From a bacterium (GTDB taxonomy: Bacteria; Elusimicrobiota; Elusimicrobia; UBA1565; UBA9628): DNA of 64,000 bases. Below, one piece after another: positions 45,400 to 54,074 of this stretch; position 1 is the stretch's first letter; each line of letters begins with the position of its first letter. The translations under genes and the position numbers were made by a program. Location: NCBI GenBank assembly GCA_021782205.1, contig JAJXVH010000006.1, positions 11,058 through 75,057 of the forward strand, given 5' to 3'. A model generated the notes under the pieces. The model made no database searches and had not been told where the DNA came from. It saw only the letters and a program-made list of their open reading frames with translations.

Positions 45400-46773
45400 C
45401 TACTTTTTCAAACCAGGCAGCGCGGACTTGATTTGGGCCGCGACGGCATCGACACCCTCGCGAAGCAAGTTCTGAGCAGCGTCCACCGCAGGAGTGAATG
45501 CGGTGACATCGTGGTGATTGCCTTCGTACACAGTCCCCGGATGTCTGGCCAGAATTGCCAGAACATTGCTCGCGAGAGCCTTAGCGGCTTCTGGGTCGGA
45601 CGCCATCTCGCGCTTGTACCCCTCGAAGGAAGCGGAAATCGCCTCCTTGGTCGCATACTCCTCCTCCATCCGAGTCGCCAGGGTGTGCTGGCGCCCCGCG
45701 TAAACGGCCATCCAAACCGGCGGGACCATGTAGGGCAGTCGCTGCAACAGGTGGCGAGCCACTGCCTGCCAGTCATCAGCATTGGCCTCGAATTTGAAGC
45801 CCAAATAAAGCACTACGGCCATCAGGAGCACAAGGCTGCCGAACAAGATTTTGGCCCACTTCTCGCGCTCTTGCTCGAAGTGTTTACGCTGGCGCAGAAA
45901 CGCAGAGGCCAGGCCGGCGCTCGTAGCGCTGGGCAACAGATTCTCGACCTTGTCCTTCAACGCAGAATATTCCGCCTGCAACTGCGCCAGAGTGGTCTCG
46001 TAGGCCTCAACTTTCTTCTCCAGGTCCTGGCTCTTGGTCACCAAGTCGGAAACAGAGTCCAACTTGGCTTTTGCGCCTTTCTCAAACGAATCGATTGCGG
46101 CGTGCGCCGTCTTCGAGCGCTCCTGGAGCTCAGTGATAGTGGTATTGGTCTTCTGGATCGCCAAGAGCTGCGCGGCAGAGTTGTCCTTCGCGGCAATGAC
46201 CTGCGCGACATCGGCCTTGATGTTTTTCGACTCGTCGCGCACACTCTGCGACAGCACATCGATCTCCTTCTTCGACTCGGTGATGCTCGCCTGGACCACG
46301 CCTGCCTTGCCGAACACTTCCGCGACGGCCTTCGCGGCCTCGTCGGCACTCTTGCGGGTGCCTGCAATCGCAGTCATGTCGGCCTCGCTCGACGCGCGAA
46401 GATTAGCAAAGCCTTGACCAACCGCCTCGATTTCCGCTCTCTTCTGCGCAATCGTAGCCGCGTCTGACTCCATCTGGGCCTTCAGCTTGGCCGCGGTGTT
46501 CGAGTGCTCCTCCACATAGTTCTTGGCTTGGTTTGCGCGCAGAGCCTCATTGTCGGCACGGGCCTGGGCCTCAGCGGCCTTGGTCAAATTTTGAGCGATC
46601 GTTTCATGAGCGGCATCGGACTTCTTGGTCGCAGCCTCAAGGATACTCAAGTATTCCTGGGCCCGCTTAACAGCCTCGGCCAACTGGTCAAGGTAAGATT
46701 TCGAGTCCCGCCCATATTCAGGCAGCTTTCCAAAAGTCACCGCGTCGTCCGTGTCGGCCATGGAAACCCCCAA
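45400..46773 (-). CDS. Coiled-coil protein (~300 aa Ala/Lys/Glu/Gln-rich) with C-proximal 2-TM hairpin
   Basis: 457-aa ORF. TM1 ILFGSLVLLMAVVLYLGFKF, TM2 LPYMVPPVWMAVYAG. Start may be Met5 (46761). No enzymatic motif seen. Confidence 0.7.
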   Translation of the reverse strand: MGVSMADTDDAVTFGKLPEYGRDSKSYLDQLAEAVKRAQEYLSILEAATKKSDAAHETIAQNLTKAAEAQARADNEALRANQAKNYVEEHSNTAAKLKAQMESDAATIAQKRAEIEAVGQGFANLRASSEADMTAIAGTRKSADEAAKAVAEVFGKAGVVQASITESKKEIDVLSQSVRDESKNIKADVAQVIAAKDNSAAQLLAIQKTNTTITELQERSKTAHAAIDSFEKGAKAKLDSVSDLVTKSQDLEKKVEAYETTLAQLQAEYSALKDKVENLLPSATSAGLASAFLRQRKHFEQEREKWAKILFGSLVLLMAVVLYLGFKFEANADDWQAVARHLLQRLPYMVPPVWMAVYAGRQHTLATRMEEEYATKEAISASFEGYKREMASDPEAAKALASNVLAILARHPGTVYEGNHHDVTAFTPAVDAAQNLLREGVDAVAAQIKSALPGLKK

Positions 46774-47063
46774 ACGATCATGCTACGGGTCGAGGCAGTG
46801 TGGCGGGCGTTGTCGGCAGGGAGCAGCGGGTGCGACATGCATGCTCGCGTCGGCGGCGTCCGGACTACTTCGTCCAGTTATGCAGGTTATTATTATAGCA
46901 CACGACAGAAATATCGAACATCAGTTCTACTTCTTTGTCGCAGCGTTCAGGCGCAACCGATTGCCATTCAGTCTTTGGCCGCCACGGTGCCGTAAAGCCC
47001 GTAGTGGGCGAGCCCTTGGTGGCTCCCGATCCCCGTGTAATGCAGCGAATCGTCTTGTCTTGA

Positions 47064-47267
47064 GCGCTAACGAGATTTGACCCACTTCTGCTAACGAAAA
47101 CTGACCCACCACTGGAGCACGTTGTGAACGGCACGGAAACGGCGCTTTGAGGCGAAGGAACGTATAAGTAGTGCGGAGCACTCATCGTTGACGCGCGTCA
47201 ACGCTCAAAGGTCTCCTGAAGGTGGGTCAATTCTGAGTAGCACAAGTGGGTCAATTTTCGTTAGTGC
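47064..47267. mobile_element. MITE-like / IS-end structure: 47-bp imperfect terminal inverted repeats around a 110-bp core with an 18-nt perfect palindrome
   Basis: Left arm 47064-47110 matches the reverse complement of 47221-47267 at 38/47 positions by my alignment. Each arm carries two CTAACGA-N-TGACCCAC sub-repeats. Central palindrome CGTTGACGCGCGTCAACG at 47186-47203. Confidence 0.55.
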
Positions 47268-47347
47268 TGAAGCTTGTCGCCTTTCAGCGCCGCCAATGCC
47301 ACCCGCGCCTGCAACTCAGCCTCGTACTGTCTTCGCTTCCTGCCCAT
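47261..47347 (-). pseudogene. Truncated IS3-family OrfA (transposase HTH) N-terminus
   Basis: Minus-strand translation is MGRKRRQYEAELQARVALAALKGDKLQH*. It resembles the IS3-family OrfA start (...FKARVALEALKGEKT...). The reading frame ends exactly where the right inverted repeat begins. Confidence 0.5.
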
Positions 47348-47400
47348 TTTCTGCTCCACGTTCTGAGGTCATTTTACACCTTAGCACGTGATCCGAATTT

Positions 47401-47429
47401 TTGGAAGCACCTCACAAACTAAGTAGAAT
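47401..47429 (+). promoter_or_regulatory. Putative sigma70 promoter of the AIPR gene
   Basis: TTGGAA (47401-47406), a 17-nt spacer, then TAGAAT (47424-47429). GGAGAG lies 7 nt before ATG 47478. Confidence 0.4.
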
Positions 47430-47477
47430 CGCGCTTAGAGGATCGCATGGGCCGCGTGCTCATGGGGAGAGCGATAG

Positions 47478-49250
47478 ATGCCGATTGATGACAGGCTCAT
47501 TGACCAGACTTACTCGGACTGCAAAGCAACACATGGCGGTGTCCGAGAGGACTACTTCGGGCTCCTCTACCTGGAAAAGGAGTTCAACCTACCCCGCGAT
47601 CAGGCCGCCGTCCAAGCCGCCTTCGGTGGGAACGATTACGGCCTTGACGGCTTCCACATCGATCCCGCCCGCCGGAACCTTTACCTCTTTCAGTTCAAGT
47701 GGTCGCAATCTCACGCCCTCTTCAAGCAGTCGTTGCAACGGCTCATCGAGTCGGGCATGGATCGAGTGTTTGGCAACGCCACACAGGACCCTCATCAGAA
47801 CCAAATGCTCATGCAACTCAAGAGCCGGCTCGTGACCGATCAAGCAATCATCGACCGGGTCATCATCCAATTCATTTTCAATGGCGATCCCGGAGAAGCT
47901 GATCGCAGTCAGGTGCTGGATAAGCTACGGGAGGACTTGGAGAGCAAGAAGTACCTGATCGACCAGTACTTCAAGGGCCGCTCGGTCGATATGACTTTCG
48001 AGTTCCGATCCGCTCGCACCCAGCGGGTCGGAGCCGTTGTCCATCAGCGGAAGACGCATTCATATCCTGTATCGGTCGAGAACATCATTAAGCGTCCGGG
48101 ACCCAATGGCGAAGTCATGTACGTTGGCTTCGTGAAGCTGATGGACCTCCATGCCATGTATCGGGAGATGAACTACCGGCTCTTCGAGCGCAACATCAGA
48201 GCGGGCTTGGATGCCGACAAGGCCCCGAATCGCGCGATCGCCAATGCCTTGAAGAAGATCGTGATTCACGGGACTGATAGCCCAACCGTCTTCGCGTTTA
48301 ACCATAACGGAGTGACCATCTACGCTGAGCGAGTGGATGTCCAGGAGAATGACAGCCTCCTGATCACCGAGCCTCGCGTACTCAACGGCGCGCAGACCAT
48401 CACCTCCATCGAGCGCTTCTTCGAGGCCAACGACGGGAACCAGCAACTGAAGGACCGAAGACAACGCCTAGATGAGGTCCGAGTGCTTTGCAAGGTCATC
48501 ACGCAGGCGAAGCCGGAGTTCGTGGTGGCCGTGACCGTCAACAACAACAGGCAGAACCCCGTCGAGCCCTGGGACCTTCACGCCAATGACAACATCCAGC
48601 TCGAACTCCAGGACAAGCTCCGCGAAGTCGGGATCTACTACGAACGCCAGAAGAATGCCTTCGAGAACCTGACCGAGGAAGACAAGGCGGAACTGGAAAT
48701 CACGGAGTATAAGCAGATTGAACTGCTCCGTCTCGCCAAGACCTTTCTAGCCGCCGACGGCGAGATCGACAAGATGCACCGGATGCGGGATGTCTTCGAG
48801 AACGAGAAGATCTACACCCAAGTCTTCAACGAGAGCCGGCTGCACTCGGACTCCCGACACATGGTGCTCTGCTACAAGGTCCAGCTCCGCCTGAACCGCC
48901 TGATCCGAGAGATCCTCGAGCGGGGGAGCAACAAGTACGCCTATATGCAGAAGGCAAAAAACCTCATGTGGGCTCTCTTGTGCCAGGGCGTCCTAAACGA
49001 TGACCACCTGGATACCTATGCCGAACGGTTCGGGCGCAGCTTGGTAAGCGAAGCCGACTATACCGAGTGGCTGGCTCGACTGGCTTCCACGCGCGTACGG
49101 TTTCTGATGTCCGGCGTCGTTGAGAAGGCGCCCTATGCCGATATGATGGCGGAGGAGCGTTATGACTTCCTCCGGACCCGGGCGGTTTATGATCGCTGCA
49201 TGGAGCTTGCTTACAAGAAGTGGGAGTGGGTGCATAAAAATCTCAAGTGA
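47478..49250 (+). CDS. AIPR-family abortive-infection (phage resistance) protein
   Basis: N-terminal nuclease-like GNDYGLDGFHID...LYLFQFKW. Central ...FNHNGVTIYA...RVLNGAQTITS... (the AIPR hallmark xNGxQT). Confidence 0.8.
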   Translation: MPIDDRLIDQTYSDCKATHGGVREDYFGLLYLEKEFNLPRDQAAVQAAFGGNDYGLDGFHIDPARRNLYLFQFKWSQSHALFKQSLQRLIESGMDRVFGNATQDPHQNQMLMQLKSRLVTDQAIIDRVIIQFIFNGDPGEADRSQVLDKLREDLESKKYLIDQYFKGRSVDMTFEFRSARTQRVGAVVHQRKTHSYPVSVENIIKRPGPNGEVMYVGFVKLMDLHAMYREMNYRLFERNIRAGLDADKAPNRAIANALKKIVIHGTDSPTVFAFNHNGVTIYAERVDVQENDSLLITEPRVLNGAQTITSIERFFEANDGNQQLKDRRQRLDEVRVLCKVITQAKPEFVVAVTVNNNRQNPVEPWDLHANDNIQLELQDKLREVGIYYERQKNAFENLTEEDKAELEITEYKQIELLRLAKTFLAADGEIDKMHRMRDVFENEKIYTQVFNESRLHSDSRHMVLCYKVQLRLNRLIREILERGSNKYAYMQKAKNLMWALLCQGVLNDDHLDTYAERFGRSLVSEADYTEWLARLASTRVRFLMSGVVEKAPYADMMAEERYDFLRTRAVYDRCMELAYKKWEWVHKNLK

Positions 49251-49407
49251 GGTTGACGTCCTCAACCGCCCGGAAAGCCCGGGGCTTCTAACCGATCTTA
49301 TCCGATCTCAAGCGCCAGACACATCAACTCGTTCAGCACAGTGTCGTGCCTCATCGTTTTCTCGACACGGATATCCAGTAACGTCGACATCTCTCCATGC
49401 CGCCGGC

Positions 49408-50406
49408 TTAAACGCCGCGCGAGGCGCGCAGCCACTGGGCCAGGCGCTCCATGCCCGCCTCGATGCTCACGCGCGGAGACCAGTCCAGGTCGCGCTTGGC
49501 CGCCGAGATGTCGAACCAGTGCGCGGTGGTGAGCTGGAGCACCAGGAAACGCGTCAGCGGCGGCTCGGAAGAAAGCCGCAGAGCGCGCCAGACGCCTTCG
49601 CAGGCGTTGGCCGCCGCGAAGGCCAGTCCCTTGGGGACGGAGCGCGTCGGCGGCGGCAGGCGCGCGGCGGCCAGCATCCGGCCGATGATCTCCCAGACGG
49701 GACGAGGGTCGCCGGCGGATAGGAAGTAGGCCTGGCCCGCGATCGGAGACGACGGCGAGAGCAGACGGGCGGCCTGGAGGTGGGCCTCCACCGCGTCGTC
49801 GATGTAGATCGTGTCCACGCGCTTGTCGTCGTCGCCGATGCGAAACAGCCGCCCCGCCCGCGCGCGCGCGACCACGCGCGGAAGAAGGTGCCGGTCGCCG
49901 GGGCCCCAGATCAGGTGCGGACGCAAGGAGACCGTCGCCAGCTTCTCGTGATCGGCGGCCAGGACCATCTCCTCGGACAACGCCTTGGTGCGCGAGTAGT
50001 GCGAGTCGAATTTTTTCGGATACGGCGCAGACTCGTCCACCCCCTCCGCGTCCCCGCCGTCGAAGACCACCGACGGCGAGCCGGTGAAGACCAGCTTGCG
50101 CACCCCGTGCTCGGCGCAGGCGCGCAGGACGTTGCGCGTGCCGGTCACGTTGGTCGCGAAGTAGTCCTCGTAGGTGCCCCACAGGCCCACCTTCGCGCCC
50201 ACGTGGAACACCGTGTCGCGGTCCGCGCAGGCCGCAGACACCGCGGCCGCGTCGGCCAGGTCGCCGCGCGCCGTGTCGATGCCCAACGCCTCCAGCTCCG
50301 GGTATTGGCCGCGGCCGAACACGCGCACGTCGTCGCCGCGCTCGCGCAGACGGCGCGCCAGCGCCCCGCCTAAAAACCCCCCGCCGCCGGTGACCAGGGC
50401 GCGCAT
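49408..50406 (-). CDS. oleD: OleD, NAD(P)H-dependent 2-alkyl-3-ketoalkanoate reductase (3beta-HSD/SDR family)
   Basis: ORF 49408..50991 trimmed to Met196 (MRALVTGGGGFLGGALARRL). ...YSRTKA... Last gene of the oleABCD string. Confidence 0.8.
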   Translation of the reverse strand: MRALVTGGGGFLGGALARRLRERGDDVRVFGRGQYPELEALGIDTARGDLADAAAVSAACADRDTVFHVGAKVGLWGTYEDYFATNVTGTRNVLRACAEHGVRKLVFTGSPSVVFDGGDAEGVDESAPYPKKFDSHYSRTKALSEEMVLAADHEKLATVSLRPHLIWGPGDRHLLPRVVARARAGRLFRIGDDDKRVDTIYIDDAVEAHLQAARLLSPSSPIAGQAYFLSAGDPRPVWEIIGRMLAAARLPPPTRSVPKGLAFAAANACEGVWRALRLSSEPPLTRFLVLQLTTAHWFDISAAKRDLDWSPRVSIEAGMERLAQWLRASRGV

Positions 50407-52016
50407 CACGCCAGGCGCTCCGCCGCCCAGACCGCCAGGCCCTCGCGGAAAATCTTCGCGTTGTGGCGGATGTCCACGGGAAAAGACGGATGATAGAGGA
50501 TGGTCTTGACGCAACGGGTGTGGGCGTATTTTTGGCCCAACGCCAGCAGTTCCCGCGTCAATTCCGCTTCTGCGCGCTTCGTGCCCGGCTCCAACTCCAC
50601 GCACAGCACCGGCTGGTTTTTCACGCCCACCAGCGCCGTGCGCTTGACGTTCGGATGCGCGTTGAACACCCCTTCCACCGGGATCGTGTACAGATCCCCG
50701 CCGTCCGTCTTGACGCGCTGGGACTTGCGCCCGCAAAACCACAGCCGCCCGCGCTCGTCGATGTAGCCCAGGTCGCCCATGCGGTGGCGCATGGACGCGC
50801 CGTCGCGTATTTTCGAAAGCGCCGTCGCCTCCGGCCGCCGGAAATACTCGCGCGTGACCACCGGGCCCTTCACCACGATCTCCCCGATCTCCCCGGGCCG
50901 CGCGCGCAGGGCCTCGCTCCAGGCGTGGACGGGGCCGTCGTCGACGGCGATCACCGAGACTTCCACCCCCCCCACGGGTCGGCCCACGCACACCCCGCGG
51001 CCCTCGGCCGTCATCGCCGCCGTCTCATTGAGAACCTCCGCCGAGGAGATCAGCGCCACGGGCAGGGCCTCGGTCGCGCCGTAGGGCGTGTGGATGGGCA
51101 CGCCGACGCCCAACATTTCTTTGAAGCGCGCCAGCACCTTGGCCGGCACGGGCGCTCCGGCCGACATCACCCGGCGCAGGTGCGGCAGCGCCACGCCGTG
51201 GCGCGCGCCGTAGCGGCCCACGCGGTCCAGAAGCGCGGGCGAGCCGAACAGCTGCTGGGCGCGAAACTTCTGCAGCGGCCCCACGATGGCGGCCGGGTCC
51301 ACGGAGCCCGGGCGCGTGAAGTCCATCTCGGGGATCACGGCCGTCATCCCCAGCGCCGCGTCGAAGAGCGCGAACAGCGGGAAGGTGGGCACGGAAACCT
51401 CGCCTTCCTGGATGTCGAAGAGCTCGCGCAGGAGCTCGACCTGCGCGGAAAAAACGCCGTGCGTGTAGACCGCGCCTTTCGGAGCGCCCGTGCTGCCGGA
51501 GGTGAACAGGATCGCGGCCGGGGCGTGCGCGTCCACGGACGGCGCGGCGAAAGCCCCGCGTCCGCCCACCCCGCGCAGCTCGCGCGTGTTCCACAGACCC
51601 GGGATCTTGCCGTCGGCCACCAGGCTCAGCCGCGCGGACTTGGCCCAGCGGCCCAGCAAACGCGCCAAATGCGCCTTGGGCGAGCCGATGAAGGCGGCCG
51701 CTTGCGCGTCCTCCAGGCAGCGCCCCATGTTCTTAAAGCCGATGCCCGGATCGATGAGCACCGGCACCGCCCCCAGGCGGAACAGCGCGAACGTGCAGGC
51801 AAAAAAATCCCGCGACGGCGGAACCAGCAACGCCGCGCGCTCGCCGGGCTGAAGGCCCGCGCGGCGCAGGCCCGCGGCCAGGCGCTCCACGTCCTCAGCC
51901 AACTCCGTGAAGCTGACCGTCCGTCCGCGGTGGATCAAGGCGGGCGCGTCGCCCCGCCGGGCGGCGACATCCAGAAACCGGGCGGCAACGTCCGGCCGCC
52001 CCTGCGCCGCGGTCAT
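50406..52016 (-). CDS. oleC: OleC, AMP-dependent beta-lactone synthetase
   Basis: Trimmed to Met58 (ATGA overlap with the oleB stop). ILFTSGSTGAPKGAVYTH, ...YGATEA..., ...MGDLGYIDERGRLWFCGRKSQRVK... Confidence 0.8.
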   Translation of the reverse strand: MTAAQGRPDVAARFLDVAARRGDAPALIHRGRTVSFTELAEDVERLAAGLRRAGLQPGERAALLVPPSRDFFACTFALFRLGAVPVLIDPGIGFKNMGRCLEDAQAAAFIGSPKAHLARLLGRWAKSARLSLVADGKIPGLWNTRELRGVGGRGAFAAPSVDAHAPAAILFTSGSTGAPKGAVYTHGVFSAQVELLRELFDIQEGEVSVPTFPLFALFDAALGMTAVIPEMDFTRPGSVDPAAIVGPLQKFRAQQLFGSPALLDRVGRYGARHGVALPHLRRVMSAGAPVPAKVLARFKEMLGVGVPIHTPYGATEALPVALISSAEVLNETAAMTAEGRGVCVGRPVGGVEVSVIAVDDGPVHAWSEALRARPGEIGEIVVKGPVVTREYFRRPEATALSKIRDGASMRHRMGDLGYIDERGRLWFCGRKSQRVKTDGGDLYTIPVEGVFNAHPNVKRTALVGVKNQPVLCVELEPGTKRAEAELTRELLALGQKYAHTRCVKTILYHPSFPVDIRHNAKIFREGLAVWAAERLA

Positions 52017-52903
52017 GCGGGCACGGGCTTGGCCACGAAGCCCGCGATCAGGGCCACGGCCTCCACGGGCGAGTCTTCCAAGAGAAAATGGCCGCAGTCG
52101 TAGAAGCGGCGCGCGTCGGCGTGCGGAAAGCGGCGCGTCCAGCCGTTCAGGAAGTGCTCGTCGAACACCCAGTCCTTCATCCCCCACGCCAGCAGCATGG
52201 GCGTGTCTTTAAAAAGCCCCAGCTTGGACTCGGTGTCGGAGAGGACCTGCCAGGCCGGCTCCGCGATCCCCAGCGGGATGTCCTGCACGAAGCGGTGCAC
52301 GGCCAGGCTTTGCCGCCAGCCGTCGCAGACGGACAGGTAGCCGTCCTCCGCCGCCGGCGACAGCGGCCGCTTGGCCGTGCAGGTGCGCAAGACCGCGCGC
52401 CGCGCCAGGCGGCTGCCGCGCAGCACCAGCCCCGCCGCCCCGCCGCGCAGCAAGGACAGCAGCGGCGGCAGGCCTTTCTCGCGCGGCAGGCGGAAGCACG
52501 CGGTGTTCGAGGCGACGATCGCCTTCACGCGCTCGGGATGGCGCGCGGCCCAGGACATGCCGATCATCCCGCCCCAGTCGTGCAGCACCAGAGTGATCGG
52601 ACCCGAAGGGGCGACGCGCTCGACCAGGCGTTCCAGATCATCGACGCGGGACTTGAGCGTGTAGGCGTAGCGGTCCTCGCCCGGCCGGTCGGACAGACCC
52701 ATGCCGATGTGGTCGGGCGCCAGGCAGCGGTGCGTGGCGCGCAGGGCCTGGACCAGCCCGCGGTAGTAGAACGACCAGGTGGGGTTTCCGTGGACCATCA
52801 GCACGGTCTCGCCTTGCCCCTCGTCGAGGTAGTGCATCGCGTAGCCGCCCAGATCCAGACGCTTGCCCTCAAACGGATACAGCGCCTTCCAAGACTCGCT
52901 CAT
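52013..52903 (-). CDS. oleB: OleB, alpha/beta-hydrolase (haloalkane-dehalogenase-like) beta-lactone decarboxylase
   Basis: HYLDEGQGETVLMVHGNPTWSFYYR, ...LVLHDWGG... The ATG at 52903 overlaps the oleA stop (ATGA); the track start at 52909 is a GTG. Confidence 0.8.
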   Translation of the reverse strand: MSESWKALYPFEGKRLDLGGYAMHYLDEGQGETVLMVHGNPTWSFYYRGLVQALRATHRCLAPDHIGMGLSDRPGEDRYAYTLKSRVDDLERLVERVAPSGPITLVLHDWGGMIGMSWAARHPERVKAIVASNTACFRLPREKGLPPLLSLLRGGAAGLVLRGSRLARRAVLRTCTAKRPLSPAAEDGYLSVCDGWRQSLAVHRFVQDIPLGIAEPAWQVLSDTESKLGLFKDTPMLLAWGMKDWVFDEHFLNGWTRRFPHADARRFYDCGHFLLEDSPVEAVALIAGFVAKPVPA

Positions 52904-53916
52904 CGCCACTCCCAGCCCAGCATCAGGCAGTTCAGCCCCGAGCCGATGCCCAGGAAGCCCACCTTGTCGCCTCTATCCAAGAAGCCGCGCTCGTCGGCCA
53001 GCGCCGCCGTCAGCGGCAGGCTCACCGTGCCGATATTGCCCAGATACTCATACGTCGCGTAGTCCTTTTCCAGCGGCACGCCGAACGCGCCCAGCACCGC
53101 CGCGCGGTGCGGCCCGCCCACCTGGTGGCAAACGGTCTTGTCGACCGCGCCCGCGCTCCAGCCCAGCTCGTCCGTGAATTTTTTCCACGTGCCGCGCGCT
53201 AATTCCACGCCGCTCTTGAGCACCGCCGCCGCGTCGGTGCGCATGAAGTCGCGGTCCCAGCGGCACAAATCCCAGTGCTCCGGCGCGGACTGCGCCGCGC
53301 CGCCCAGCAGGCGGGGGCCGTCCGCGCCCAGCGACCCGTCCGTCAGCAGGACCGCGACCGCGCCCGAGCCCCCGGTCAAGGTGGCGATCGACAGCTTGAA
53401 ATGCTCCATCGTGGGACGCGCCAGCATGGAGGCGATCATGCTCTCGTTGATCTCGCGCGCCGACTCGCAGGACACGATCAGCCCGGCCCGGATCTGGCCC
53501 AGCTCGATGCGGTTGGCCACGTCCACGATGCCGCTCAAGACTCCCAGGCAGGCGTTGGACAGGTCGTAGACCGCGCAGTCCCGGCCCACGCCCAGCGCCG
53601 CCGCCACCGCGCACGCCGTCGCCGGCTCAGCACCCTCGCGGCAGACGCCCGCGTAGACCAGCGCGCCCAGCGCGTCCGCGGACACGCCGGACTTCGCCAG
53701 CGCTTTCTTGCCCGCGCGCGCGGCCCCCTCCGCCAGCTTGAAGCCCGCGTCCCACCACCGCCGCTCGCGGATGCCCGTCAGCGCTTCCAATTGGCCCGGC
53801 GAAAAGCGCAGGGCGTCGTAGAGCGCCGCCACGCGGCCTTCCAGCGCCGCCGACGACACGACGTTCGGCGCCAATTCGTAGGCCAGGGCGCCCAGCGTGA
53901 CTTTTTGATAGCGCAT
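52900..53916 (-). CDS. oleA: OleA, FabH-like thiolase (head-to-head Claisen condensing enzyme)
   Basis: ORF 52900..54051 trimmed to Met46. ...GQLEALTGIRERRWW..., active-site context DLSNACLG, ...CHQVGG..., ...GIGSGLNC... Confidence 0.8.
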   Translation of the reverse strand: MRYQKVTLGALAYELAPNVVSSAALEGRVAALYDALRFSPGQLEALTGIRERRWWDAGFKLAEGAARAGKKALAKSGVSADALGALVYAGVCREGAEPATACAVAAALGVGRDCAVYDLSNACLGVLSGIVDVANRIELGQIRAGLIVSCESAREINESMIASMLARPTMEHFKLSIATLTGGSGAVAVLLTDGSLGADGPRLLGGAAQSAPEHWDLCRWDRDFMRTDAAAVLKSGVELARGTWKKFTDELGWSAGAVDKTVCHQVGGPHRAAVLGAFGVPLEKDYATYEYLGNIGTVSLPLTAALADERGFLDRGDKVGFLGIGSGLNCLMLGWEWR

Positions 53917-53949
53917 GGATGAAGGCGCGCCGCCGACGGCGCGAGGGGT

Positions 53950-53958
53950 AATATACCA
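53950..53958 (-). promoter_or_regulatory. Possible extended -10 promoter (TGGTATATT) for oleA
   Basis: Minus-strand TG-n-TATATT lies 34 nt upstream of the oleA ATG. The duplicated copy at 55339-55347 reads TGGTCTATT. Confidence 0.3.
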
Positions 53959-54074
53959 ATCTCGACGGGTGCAATGCCTCGCGCCGGTGTCGCGTCGACA
54001 TCCGCGCTGGCGCGAGGTCCCAGACACGAGCAGGTCCTTTGGCCCAGGCATTTAGGCCCGCATGACCTATATTT

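Noticed and set aside
49298-49390. 30-aa minus-strand peptide MSTLLDIRVEKTMRHDTVLNELMCLALEIG just downstream of oleD, at the island edge
   Set aside because: It is too short, has no RBS and no recognisable motif. It could be a small toxin/antitoxin-type ORF, but there is no support.
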